Source: Thermoanaerobaculia bacterium
Lineage (GTDB): Bacteria > Acidobacteriota > Thermoanaerobaculia > Multivoradales > Multivoraceae
Direction: 5' to 3'
Assembly (NCBI GenBank): GCA_963666565.1
Contig: OY762911.1
Coordinates: 2,912,001-2,976,000, forward strand
DNA: 64,000 nucleotides
Of this stretch, positions 1 to 9,296 are shown piece after piece. The notes under the pieces were generated by a model that worked only from the letters and a program-made list of their open reading frames with translations, had not been told where the DNA came from and made no database searches. Position 1 is the first letter of the stretch. The number at the start of each line of letters is the position of its first letter. The position numbers were made by a program, and so were the translations under genes.

Positions 1-1
1 C

Positions 2-427
2 CTGCCGCTGACCCGGCCGCCGTACGGCCGAATGACGGCGATCGATCTGAACACGGGCGAGCACTCCTGGATGAAGCCGCTGGGCGACGGGCCGCGGCGG
101 CAGGTAGAGGACATGACAGGCGAGGATCCGGGCCCCCTCGGCGGTCCGCCCGCGGCCGGTCCGCTGCTGACGAAGACGCTGCTGTTCCAGGCCCAGGGCG
201 GCGCGCCGGGGCTGACCGGCGGCGACGGCGGCGGCCCATCCGTCCTGCGGGCGCACGACAAGGGCACGGGCGAAGTGGTTCACGAGATCGAGCTGGACGG
301 AGCGCCGAGCGGGACGCCGATGTCCTACGAGATCGGCGGCCGGCAGTACATCGCGCTGGCGGTCAGCGGCGCGGAGGAGGGTGAAGCGGGGATCGTCGCC
401 CTCGCCCTGCCGGAGGCCGGCCCGTGA
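2..427 (+). CDS. C-terminal part of a PQQ-dependent (glucose/quinate-type) dehydrogenase, truncated by window start
   Basis: Frame from base 2 reads LPLTRPPYGRMTAIDLNTGEHSWMKPLG...AHDKGTGEVVHE...GTPMSYEIGGRQYIALAVSG, typical last blades of quinoprotein dehydrogenases. Confidence 0.8.
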   Translation: MPLTRPPYGRMTAIDLNTGEHSWMKPLGDGPRRQVEDMTGEDPGPLGGPPAAGPLLTKTLLFQAQGGAPGLTGGDGGGPSVLRAHDKGTGEVVHEIELDGAPSGTPMSYEIGGRQYIALAVSGAEEGEAGIVALALPEAGP

Positions 428-1284
428 AGCTGATGTCTCTGCTGCGCGACGGCCGGTCCGCGATCGGCGTGCTGGCCGGCGACGAGACGGCGGTCGACCT
501 GAGCGTCGCCGCGCCGGACCTGCCGCGCGGCATGTGCCGGTTCCTGGCTGCCGGCCAGGAGGCGATGGAGGCGGCCCGCGCCGCCGTCGACTCCGGCGCC
601 GGCCGCGTGCCGCTCGCCGATCAGACGTTGCTGGCGCCGGTGCCGCGGCCGCGCAAGTTCTTCGCCATCGGCCTGAACTACGCCGACCACGCGGCCGAGA
701 CCGGGCAGGAGCTCCCGAAGTTCCCGACCGTGTTCAACAAGCAGGTCACGTGCGTCAACCGGCCGGGCGGCGACATCCACGTCCCGCGGGCGTCCTCGGC
801 CGTCGACTACGAGGGTGAGTTCGCCTTCGTCGTCGGCCGCAGGTGCCGGGGCGTCGTCGCCGAGGACGCGGCGGCCGCCATCGCCGGCTACACGATCGTC
901 AACGACGTCTCGGTCCGCGACTGGCAGCGGCGCTCGCCGACGATGATCCTCGGCAAGGGCTGGGACACCCACGGTCCGATGGGGCCGTATCTCGTCACCG
1001 CCGACGAGATCGCGGATCCGGACGCGCTCGGCATCCGCACCTGGGTCAACGGCGAGTTGCGGCAGGACTCGAACACGCGGGAACTCGTCTTCGACTGCCG
1101 GAAGCTGGTCGAGACGATCTCGACCATGTGTACGCTCGAACCGGGCGACGTCGTCAGCACCGGCACGCCGGCCGGAGTGGGCGCCGCCTACGATCCGCCG
1201 AAGTTCCTGGTCCCCGGGGACACGGTGCGGATCGAAATCGACGGACTGGGAACGCTCGAGAACCCGGTCGTCGCCGAGCCGTAG
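424..1284 (+). CDS. Fumarylacetoacetate hydrolase family protein
   Basis: Motifs AIGLNYADH, VDYEGE, NDVSVRDWQ, GKGWDTHGPMGP, LEPGDVVSTGTPAGVG; GTGA overlap with upstream stop. Confidence 0.93.
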   Translation: MKLMSLLRDGRSAIGVLAGDETAVDLSVAAPDLPRGMCRFLAAGQEAMEAARAAVDSGAGRVPLADQTLLAPVPRPRKFFAIGLNYADHAAETGQELPKFPTVFNKQVTCVNRPGGDIHVPRASSAVDYEGEFAFVVGRRCRGVVAEDAAAAIAGYTIVNDVSVRDWQRRSPTMILGKGWDTHGPMGPYLVTADEIADPDALGIRTWVNGELRQDSNTRELVFDCRKLVETISTMCTLEPGDVVSTGTPAGVGAAYDPPKFLVPGDTVRIEIDGLGTLENPVVAEP

Positions 1285-1291
1285 CCGCCCG

Positions 1292-1434
1292 CTGGGTGCG
1301 CGGGTCTTCCGACCCGCATGCCGCCGAAGGCGGCGGGAGCATCGTCGCCGGCCTTTGGCCGGCGGCCTTGTTGTCCGGGCTGCGCCGCTCCGCGGCTTTC
1401 GCCCGATTGCGGGTCAGAAGACCCGCGCACCCGG
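1292..1434. repeat. Family-A REP doublet (REPIN/MITE-like)
   Basis: CTGGGTGCGCGGGTCTTCCGACCCGC ... GCGGGTCAGAAGACCCGCGCACCC inverted ends with internal GCCGCCGAAGGCGGC hairpin, between convergent genes. Confidence 0.9.
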
Positions 1435-1441
1435 CGGGAGG

Positions 1442-4400
1442 TCAGCCGCGGCCGCGGCCGACGGCGATGCGCACTTCCAGGTCGGGCCGCCTGGACCGCA
1501 GTTCGACCTGGATGGACTGGACCTCGGACTCGGTGAGCGGCTCCGCGGTCGAGTATCCGAGCATGTACTGGCTGCGGAGCTCCTCGCCGATGTGGTCGTA
1601 GGCCCAGATCACGGCGTCCATGCTGCCGACGTAGTACACCCGGCCGCCGCTCGCCTTGGAGATCGCCTCCATGTCGAGCTTCCTTGGTCCGCGTCCGAAC
1701 GCATCCTCGCCAAGGATCATGTTGATGACGTAGACCGGCACTCCCGAGTTCTCCGCGGTCTTGAAGGTCCGCCGGTAGCTGGCCTGGCTGCCGAAGTCGT
1801 CGCCGTCGGTCAGCACGACGAGCGCGCGGCGGCCCTGGTCGCGGGCGAGATGGACGAGACCGAACTCGATCGCGTCGTAGAGGGCCGTGTGGCCGTCCGC
1901 CCGCATGTCCTTCAAGCTGCCGATCAGGTCCCGGACCCGGCTCGTCGTGTCCGAGATGAGGCGCGGCCGCGTGTCGAAGTCCACGAGAAACGCCTGGTCG
2001 ATCTTCGTCAGAACGTTGCCCAGGAAGCGCGCGGCCGCCCGGCGCGTGTCGGCCATCAGCGGGGCCATGCTCTGGGAGCTGTCCACCGCCAGTCCCAGGA
2101 CCAGGGGCACGTCCTCGGCGATCGCGAAGCGCTCGATCGGGATCTCCCGGCGGCCCGCCCGCAGCACGAAGTCCTCCCGGGTCAGGGTCTTGATCGGTTT
2201 GCCCTGCTCGTCGTTGACGACGACGTACACCTCGACGAGGTTGACGGTCGTCTCGGCGATGGGGTTCTCGGAGGAGAGGAACTCCACATCCTCGACCATC
2301 GTGCCGTCGTCGAAATGGAAGGCGACGCGGGCGAAGTCGGCGCCGGGCATGGCCGGTCCCGGCAGGACGGTTCGGAACGGGGGCCGGGTCATCGTCGCCG
2401 TCAGCCGGTCGTTGCGGTAGAACTCGACCCGGTCGAGGCGCCTGCCTCCCGCCAGTTCCACCTGGGCCTCGATGGCGTAGCTCTCGCCCGCCCGGGCTTC
2501 GACCGACGCGATGCCGACGTCGGTTCTCGCCTGGCGCTGGTTGATCGTCAGTTCGTCCTCGCTCAGCCACCGGTCCGAACGGTCGTAGGCGACGACCCGA
2601 ACGGTGCGGGGCACGGCCTCCGGTCCCAGGTCGATTCTCGTCTCGAACGGCTTCCTGCGGTCGTCGAACACGAGTTCGTCGTCGAGGTAGAACTCGACCC
2701 GCCGGACGATCGTGCTGGTCGCGATCGTGCCGAAGGACCTCTTGCCGCTCAGGCCGGACCGCTGGCCGCGCGGCGGCAGGAGGCGCACCAGGCTCGCCAC
2801 CGGCGCCGCGTCGCCCAGGTCGGGCGGGGGAGGGTCGGCGGCCCAGCCGGAGCGCCGTGCGGCGGCCTTCGCCGCGGCGAGAATCTCCGCTTCGGTCGGT
2901 TCGCCCGCGCCCGGCGCGAGCAGTTCGGGATCGCCGCGGTCGTCCAGGGGATTCGAGCCGGGCTCCAGGAAGGTCGCCGCCCACCGGTCGTTCCGCAGGT
3001 CCTCGACCATCAGGACGAGTTCGTCGATGGCCGTCGGCAGGTCGAAGAGGGCGCGGAAGCGCCAGGCGCCCCCGTCGAGGTCGCCGCCGGCGCCCGAGCG
3101 ATGGAGCAGGAAGGGCGGCGTGTCCAGGCCCCGGCCGTAGACCGTTGCCCTGAGGGCGGCGCTCGACGGCGGAGGACGGCTGCCGATCGTGGCGAGGCCG
3201 TCGAGCGTGACCAGTTCCGCGGCCGCGCCGTCGGCGGTGGTCTGGATCCCCTGAGGCAGCAGGACGCTGCGAATCGTCAGGTCGCCGCTGGCGCCGACGG
3301 AGGCATCGTCTCCGTCCCGGTTCAACGCCTCGAGAGCCCGGCTCGCGCGCAGGGCGATCAGGTCGGTCGGCGCGGCGACCGTGGCCCAGCGGCGCGCGGC
3401 CGGCTCGACCGGCGGGCCGCCGCCGGCCGCCGCCAGCCGGACGTTCACGGGATGCGCGGCGCCGTCCGGGGCGCCGCTCGAGCGGTAGCGGATGCGCCAC
3501 GAGGTCCGCAGCCGGTCGATGGCCGCCATCAGTTCTTCCCCGTTGGCCAGCACCCGGCCGCCGCTGGCGTGGGCGGCCTGCCGCGACGACTCCGCGCGCC
3601 CTGGAAGGAGATCGTCGACTTCCTCGGCCGCGGGCGCCGCGTGGACGGGATAGACGCGCCAGCCGAGAGCCGCGACCGCCCGGGCCAGGCTGCGCTGCCG
3701 GCGCTGCTCGGCGACGGCGGCGCGCTCGAACGCCGGGGTCGGTTCGCCCAGGAGGCGCTGGGCGAAGCCGTCGGCGGAGAGGTCCGTGCCGTCGCGCACC
3801 AGGAACAGGACCCGCGGCGGACCCCTCGCCCAGTCGTCGTCCTCGAGCGTTTCGAGCAGGTTGGACCGCTGCCCGCGCAGCGTGTCGAGTTCCAGCAGGA
3901 AGCCTTCCAGCAGATCGGCCGTGCGCAGGCCGTCCGCGTCGGGATCGCCCGAGCGGGCGTCGGCGGCGTCTTGCAGGTCGCGGCGCAGTTCCAGCAGCGC
4001 GCCCGCGCCGCCGGACTGGGCGGCGACGGCGGCCAGCGCGGCGCGGACGTCGACGGCATTGGCAGTGGGTTCGAGCATCCTCTCGACGATCAGGTCGGCG
4101 GCGGCGATCTCGACGTCGCCGAGCGCGACGAGGGCCTCGGCTGCGTCGCCGATGGCGGCCGCCGCCGTCTCCACGCCGTCCGGCGTCGAACCCGGCAGGT
4201 CGAAGTAGACGACGATCCGCCAGCGTTCGGCGACCGGCTCGACCGCGGAGATCTCCCGGAGTTCGCCGTTCTCCAGCACCTCCAGCGCAGCGGCGTCGGG
4301 CGACGCCAGGGAGCCGGCGGGAAGCTGCACGACGATCTGGGACTCGCGGCTCAGGACCTGCGCCGCGCCGGTGCCGGCGGTCGTGCCGGCGAGCGTCGCA

Positions 4401-4444
4401 GCCAGGACCGGCGACAGCCAGCGCCGCGAACGCGTGGGAATCAT
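1442..4444 (-). CDS. Secreted VWA-domain protein (acidobacterial VWFA type) with Ig-like middle domains
   Basis: Signal peptide; C-terminal VNLVEVYVVV...LGLAVDSSQSM (DxSxS), TALYDAI, LVVLTDGDD, SGGRVY, ELRSQYMLGY. Confidence 0.85.
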   Translation of the reverse strand: MIPTRSRRWLSPVLAATLAGTTAGTGAAQVLSRESQIVVQLPAGSLASPDAAALEVLENGELREISAVEPVAERWRIVVYFDLPGSTPDGVETAAAAIGDAAEALVALGDVEIAAADLIVERMLEPTANAVDVRAALAAVAAQSGGAGALLELRRDLQDAADARSGDPDADGLRTADLLEGFLLELDTLRGQRSNLLETLEDDDWARGPPRVLFLVRDGTDLSADGFAQRLLGEPTPAFERAAVAEQRRQRSLARAVAALGWRVYPVHAAPAAEEVDDLLPGRAESSRQAAHASGGRVLANGEELMAAIDRLRTSWRIRYRSSGAPDGAAHPVNVRLAAAGGGPPVEPAARRWATVAAPTDLIALRASRALEALNRDGDDASVGASGDLTIRSVLLPQGIQTTADGAAAELVTLDGLATIGSRPPPSSAALRATVYGRGLDTPPFLLHRSGAGGDLDGGAWRFRALFDLPTAIDELVLMVEDLRNDRWAATFLEPGSNPLDDRGDPELLAPGAGEPTEAEILAAAKAAARRSGWAADPPPPDLGDAAPVASLVRLLPPRGQRSGLSGKRSFGTIATSTIVRRVEFYLDDELVFDDRRKPFETRIDLGPEAVPRTVRVVAYDRSDRWLSEDELTINQRQARTDVGIASVEARAGESYAIEAQVELAGGRRLDRVEFYRNDRLTATMTRPPFRTVLPGPAMPGADFARVAFHFDDGTMVEDVEFLSSENPIAETTVNLVEVYVVVNDEQGKPIKTLTREDFVLRAGRREIPIERFAIAEDVPLVLGLAVDSSQSMAPLMADTRRAAARFLGNVLTKIDQAFLVDFDTRPRLISDTTSRVRDLIGSLKDMRADGHTALYDAIEFGLVHLARDQGRRALVVLTDGDDFGSQASYRRTFKTAENSGVPVYVINMILGEDAFGRGPRKLDMEAISKASGGRVYYVGSMDAVIWAYDHIGEELRSQYMLGYSTAEPLTESEVQSIQVELRSRRPDLEVRIAVGRGRG

Positions 4445-4466
4445 CTCACCTTTACCTTACTTCCTG

Positions 4467-4510
4467 GCCGCCTTCGGCGGCAGCGTGTCAGAAGACCCGC
4501 GCACCCAGCG
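4467..4510. repeat. Family-A REP half element
   Basis: GCCGCCTTCGGCGGCAGCGTGTCAGAAGACCCGCGCACCCAG. Confidence 0.8.
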
Positions 4511-4559
4511 GACGTGCAGTTCCCTGCGCGACAGCGCAGCCTGACGGCTGCGAGTACTC

Positions 4560-7500
4560 CTACCTTACTTCCCGCCCTTCGATGGTCCGGGCGACGACGT
4601 CGCCGCGCGCCAGCTCGACGCTGACTTCGCGCCAGTTGGGACCGCCCGGCTCTTCCTTCGGGTAATAGGTCAGGAGGTAGTGGCTGCGGAGTTCGCGGCT
4701 GATCGAGTCGAAGATCGGTTCCAGATCCTGGTCGTGGCGCACGTAGTAGACGCGGCCGCCGCCGGCCTTGGCCATCCGTTCGAGCTTGCCGACGAACGTG
4801 CGCGTACTGAAGCTGCGGCCGTCCGTGCGCGCGGCCTCGTCGTTCATCAGCACGAGGTAGACCGGCACCCGGGCGCGCCGCGCCTGCTCCAGGCTCTGCC
4901 GGAAGGCGGCGTCCGAGTCCTCGTCGTCGCCGTCGTAGAAGACGACGAGCGCCTTTCGGCCACGCAGCCCCTCCAACTGGTCGAGCGCCAGCGACAGCGC
5001 GCCCCAGACGGCGGTGCGGCCGCGCGGCCTGAGCGATCCGATGCCGCCGCGCACGGCGTTCAGGTTGTAGGTGGCGGCCCGGACCAGGCGCGGCTCGGTG
5101 CCGAAGCCGACCAGGAAGGCGCGGTCGCGCCGCGGTTCGAGCGATTCGAGGAACTCGGTGGCCGCCCGCTTCACGTCCGGCATGCGGAGGAACAAGCTGC
5201 TGGAGGTGTCGATCGCGAGCCCCAGGGTGAGCGGCAGGTCGAAGGCGATCCGGAACGACTCGAGCTCCTGGGCGCGGTCGTCCTCGAACACGGAGAAGTC
5301 GGCGGCCGTCAGGTCCCTCACCGGCAGACCCGAGCGGTCCGTGGCGACGACGTAGAGCTGGACCAGCTCGACGCCGATGCGGGCGGTCAGGCCGGGCCGG
5401 GAGAGGAACAGCACGTCCTCCGCGATCCGTCCGTCCGTCAACTGGGCCTCGACCCGCAGGTAGGACTCCGGGTCGCCCACCGGCACCAGCACCTCGCGGC
5501 GGAAGGGCGCCTCGGCGGCGGTCGCCGCGAGCCGGTCCTTCACGAAGAAGCGCATCTCCATCAGGCTGCCGCCGCGCGGCAGCTTGACCTCGGCGGCGAC
5601 CTCCACCGGCCCGGCCTGCGGCCCTTCGCTCGGCTCGGTGATGCGGACCCAGAACGCGTGGGGCGGCTGGTTGACGAGCAGTTCGTGGCGGTCGAGCTCC
5701 CGGTCCCCGGCGTCGAAGGCGACGGCCTCCACCCGGCCGAGACGGTCGCCGCGGCCGAGGTCGATCCGCGCCCGGTAGGGCGCCCGGTTGCGCGCCGCGA
5801 CCCGCCGGCCGTTGAAGTAGAAGACGACCCGCTCGACCCGGTCGACGAACGGGTCGAGCACCTCGGCGACGAAGGCCGCGCGGCCGCGCCGGTTCGCCGG
5901 GTCCTCGGGTCGCAGATTGATCGCCTTGGCGCGCTCGCCGCTCCGCGCGTCCGCGGCCTCTTCGACGAGGTCGAGGAAGTCGACGACGGCGTAGCCCCAG
6001 CGCCCGTCGCGGAGGTTCTCGGCCAGGACGATCGCGGAATCCGTGCCGGGCGGAAGCTGGAGAGGCCGCTCGAAGGTCAGGTTCTCCGCGCCGGGCGGGG
6101 CGAACGGGACGCCGTGGCTGGGGACGACGGTACCGTCCTCGCGGTGCAGCCCGGTGCTGACCCGCCAGTCCGAAGCGTCGCCCGGAGGCACTCCGTCCGG
6201 CGGCACGATGGTGCTGGTCAGCCGGCCGACAGTGCGTTGGGGCGACGTCGACTCGATGCGGATCGACGCGACGACCTCGACCCCCGCGCCGTCGCCGCCC
6301 TCGAACTCGCTGTCGAGCTCGCCCTCGAAGGCGCGCCGCAGCCGCACTTCGGCGACGTCGTTCGGCGAGCCCGCTCCGGGGGTGACGGTGGGCGCCGCGA
6401 TCTCCCTGTCGCGAGAGCCGCCGCTCAGATCGAACGGTCCGGCCGCGGCGGCGCGATCCGGCAGATCGAAGCTCGCCTCGAAGCGCTGGGGGAGCCGCTC
6501 GATCCAGTCCGCGATCTCGACCTCGTTCAGAAGCACCTCGCCGCCGGTGGCCTCCGCGGCCGACGCCCAGTCGGACGGCCGCACGAACAGCCCCAGCTCC
6601 TCCTCGACCGTCCGCGAGTCGCCCGACCGGGGCCGGTTGAAGCGCAGCGTGAAGCCCACGGTCACCTCGTTCGAGCGGATCTCCGGCCCGTCGCCGTCCT
6701 CCTCGTCGGCGAAGGCCACGGGCGCCGCGGTCCAGCCGAACGCCGCCGCGGTCCGGCCGACGGCGGCGACGCTCGGCATCGTCGCCGCCTCGACGGCGAG
6801 CGAACCGGCAGTCGGCACGAGTTCGAGGTAGTAGTTCAGCGGATCGGCGACCAGCCCGTCGGCGAGGACGATGAGGTGCCGGCGGTTGGCCGGCGCGTCG
6901 CCCGGGCCGGCCTCCGCGGCCTCGCGCCTCAGGTCCTCCCGGCCCGCCAGGAAGGAAACGAGCTCGTCGATCTGGCGCCGGCGCATCGCCGCCTCGTCGC
7001 GGATCGCATCGGTCGCCAGTTGCTGGAGAACCGCCTCCAACTCCGCCTGCCGAGCGCCGCCGCCCGCCGCCGCCTGCCGTTGAGCGCGCGAAATCTCGAT
7101 CTCCCGCTCGCTCGCGAACAGCCGTCGCCGGTCGACCAGCGCGCTTGCCGCCTCCTCGTCCGTGGCGAGACGGCCCAGCGCCGCCTCCGCGAGGTCCCGG
7201 TCCCGAGTCGGCGGCAGGATCGTCCGCGCCTCCGGATCCGCCACCACGATCTCCAGGCTGCCGGCCTCGAGCAGCGGATCCAGTTGCTCCAGCAGCGCCT
7301 GGGCAAGCTGGAACACCGGCCCCGGCCTGGTCAACGCGAAGTCGACGTAGACCAGCGTCTGCCAGCCGCCATCCGCCCTGGCGACCCGCTCGATCTCGAT
7401 CTCCTCACTGCCGACCCGGAGGTCCAGTTCCCCGCGCAACTCCCGCGCCGACGCACCCTCCGCCTCGAACGTCACCGTCTGCTGGCCCAACGCCGAAGCG

Positions 7501-7766
7501 GCCATGCACGCCCACAAGGCGGCCGATCCGGCGCAGGCGCCGCCAAAGCGGCGCCGGCCCGCCAACCGACGCCGACCAGCCTGCCCGGAGCGCCGAGGGG
7601 GGCGTCGACCAGCGGGCTCGAAGCGAGCGACTCCCGAGCCCACCACGCCTTGCAAGACCGTGCCGAAGCGAGCGAAGTGAAGCGAGCGCAAACCCCTCAT
7701 CCTCTCTGTAAGCGTGAGCGGCCGATGGCCGACGCCCCCCTCGGCGTTCCGGGCAGGCGGGTACAC
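4560..7766 (-). CDS. Secreted VWA-domain protein, paralog of 1442..4444; start uncertain
   Basis: VELVQLYVVATD...LGLAIDTSSSL, TAVWGAL, LVVFYDGDD, GGGRVYY, ELRSHYLLTY; frame open from GTG 7766, just after the upstream stop. Confidence 0.8.
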   Translation of the reverse strand: MYPPARNAEGGVGHRPLTLTERMRGLRSLHFARFGTVLQGVVGSGVARFEPAGRRPPRRSGQAGRRRLAGRRRFGGACAGSAALWACMAASALGQQTVTFEAEGASARELRGELDLRVGSEEIEIERVARADGGWQTLVYVDFALTRPGPVFQLAQALLEQLDPLLEAGSLEIVVADPEARTILPPTRDRDLAEAALGRLATDEEAASALVDRRRLFASEREIEISRAQRQAAAGGGARQAELEAVLQQLATDAIRDEAAMRRRQIDELVSFLAGREDLRREAAEAGPGDAPANRRHLIVLADGLVADPLNYYLELVPTAGSLAVEAATMPSVAAVGRTAAAFGWTAAPVAFADEEDGDGPEIRSNEVTVGFTLRFNRPRSGDSRTVEEELGLFVRPSDWASAAEATGGEVLLNEVEIADWIERLPQRFEASFDLPDRAAAAGPFDLSGGSRDREIAAPTVTPGAGSPNDVAEVRLRRAFEGELDSEFEGGDGAGVEVVASIRIESTSPQRTVGRLTSTIVPPDGVPPGDASDWRVSTGLHREDGTVVPSHGVPFAPPGAENLTFERPLQLPPGTDSAIVLAENLRDGRWGYAVVDFLDLVEEAADARSGERAKAINLRPEDPANRRGRAAFVAEVLDPFVDRVERVVFYFNGRRVAARNRAPYRARIDLGRGDRLGRVEAVAFDAGDRELDRHELLVNQPPHAFWVRITEPSEGPQAGPVEVAAEVKLPRGGSLMEMRFFVKDRLAATAAEAPFRREVLVPVGDPESYLRVEAQLTDGRIAEDVLFLSRPGLTARIGVELVQLYVVATDRSGLPVRDLTAADFSVFEDDRAQELESFRIAFDLPLTLGLAIDTSSSLFLRMPDVKRAATEFLESLEPRRDRAFLVGFGTEPRLVRAATYNLNAVRGGIGSLRPRGRTAVWGALSLALDQLEGLRGRKALVVFYDGDDEDSDAAFRQSLEQARRARVPVYLVLMNDEAARTDGRSFSTRTFVGKLERMAKAGGGRVYYVRHDQDLEPIFDSISRELRSHYLLTYYPKEEPGGPNWREVSVELARGDVVARTIEGREVR
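7579..7758. mobile_element. 180-bp MITE-like element with 37-bp terminal inverted repeats
   Basis: 7579-7615 GCCTGCCCGGAGCGCCGAGGGGGGCGTCGACCAGCGG matches the reverse complement of 7722-7758 with 3 mismatches; no TSD seen. Confidence 0.65.
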
Positions 7767-7779
7767 CCCGGCAGCCCCG

Positions 7780-9258
7780 CTAGGCGACGATCTGGTGGAT
7801 CGGTTCCGCGCCTTCGACGCCGACGAGCTTCTGGTCGAGGCCGGCGTGGAAGTACGAGAGCGCGTTCGGGTCCAGGCCCAACTGCTGGAGGATCGTGGCG
7901 TGGAGGTTCTTGACGTGGAAGCGGTCGACCTCGGCGCGGTTGCCGAGTTCGTCCGTCTCGCCGACGCTGACGCCGCCCTTGATGCCGCCGCCGGCCATCC
8001 ACATCGTGAACCCGTAGGCGTTGTGGTCGCGGCCGGTCCCCTCGGCGTACTCGGCCGTGGGCTGCCGGCCGAACTCGCCGCCCCAGATGACCAGCGTGCT
8101 GTCGAGCAGGCCGCGCTGCTTCAGGTCGCGGAGCAGCCCGGCGATCGGCTGGTCCGTCCCGCCGGCGTGGTACTCGTGGTTCTTCACCAGGTCGCCGTGC
8201 GCGTCCCAGTTGTGGTCGTTGTGGTTGCCGCCCGAGTAGACCTGGATGAAGCGGACGCCGCGCTCGACCAGGCGGCGCGCCAGCAGGCAGCGCCGGCCGA
8301 AGTCCTTCGTGCGGTCCTGGTCCAGGCCGTAGAGCCGGCGCGTCTCCTCCGACTCGCCGGAGAGGTCGACCGCCTCCGGGGCGTGCTGCTGCATCCGGTA
8401 GGCGAGCTCGTAGCTGGCGATGCGGGCGGCAAGCTCGCTGTTCTCGGAGCGCGGCTCGGCGTGCTCCTCGTTGTACTCCCGCAGGCGGTCGAGCAGCCGG
8501 CGCTGCGCCTGTCGCGACATTCCCGGAGGCGGGTCGAGGGCCAGGATCGGCGTCCCGCTCGACCGGATCACGGTGCCCTGATAGCTGGCCGGCATGTAGC
8601 CGCTCGACCAGTTCTTGGCGCCGCTGATCGGTCCGCCGGTGGGGTCCAGCATGACGACGAAGCCGGGCAGGTTCTCGTTCTCGGTGCCGAGGCCGTAGTT
8701 CACCCAGGAACCGAGCGCGGGGCTGCCGGAGAGGATGCGGCCGCTGTTCATCTGGAGCATGGCCGAGCCGTGAAGCGGCGCGTCCGCGGTCATCGAGTGG
8801 ATGAAGGCGATGTCGTCCACGCAGCCGCCCAGGTTCGGGAACAGGTCGGAGACCCACTTGCCGCACTCGCCGTACTGCTTGAACTTCCACTTCGGCCCGA
8901 CCACGCGGCCCTGGTTGCGGGTGCCGCCGCGGCCCTTCGTGGCGATCTCGATCGTCTTGCCGTCGAGCGGGTAGAGATCGGGCTTGTAGTCGAAGGTGTC
9001 GACCTGGCTGGGGCCGCCGTACATGAACAGGAAGATGACCGACTTGGCGGGGCCGTCGAAGTGGGGCGGCTTCGCGGCCAGGGGGTTCTTCCAGGCGGTG
9101 GCGCCGTCGGCGGCGACGGTCTGGGCGGCGAGGAAGTCGTCGTTCGCCAGCATGCCGGCGAGCGCCACGGACGTGAAGGCGCCGCCGGCTTCCCAGAGGA
9201 ACTCGCGCCGGGTCCGGCCGCAGAAGGTGTTGCGTGGGCGTTCGGTTTCGCGGGTCAT
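7780..9258 (-). CDS. DUF1501 (sulfatase-like) protein with Tat-like N-terminus
   Basis: TRREFL; AKSVIFLFMYGGPSQVDTFDYKP; LLARRLVERGVRFIQ; WGGEFGR; GRDHN. Confidence 0.9.
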   Translation of the reverse strand: MTRETERPRNTFCGRTRREFLWEAGGAFTSVALAGMLANDDFLAAQTVAADGATAWKNPLAAKPPHFDGPAKSVIFLFMYGGPSQVDTFDYKPDLYPLDGKTIEIATKGRGGTRNQGRVVGPKWKFKQYGECGKWVSDLFPNLGGCVDDIAFIHSMTADAPLHGSAMLQMNSGRILSGSPALGSWVNYGLGTENENLPGFVVMLDPTGGPISGAKNWSSGYMPASYQGTVIRSSGTPILALDPPPGMSRQAQRRLLDRLREYNEEHAEPRSENSELAARIASYELAYRMQQHAPEAVDLSGESEETRRLYGLDQDRTKDFGRRCLLARRLVERGVRFIQVYSGGNHNDHNWDAHGDLVKNHEYHAGGTDQPIAGLLRDLKQRGLLDSTLVIWGGEFGRQPTAEYAEGTGRDHNAYGFTMWMAGGGIKGGVSVGETDELGNRAEVDRFHVKNLHATILQQLGLDPNALSYFHAGLDQKLVGVEGAEPIHQIVA

Positions 9259-9296
9259 CGTTCCGCTCCTTTCGACTCGACGGTCGAGGCGGTTTC

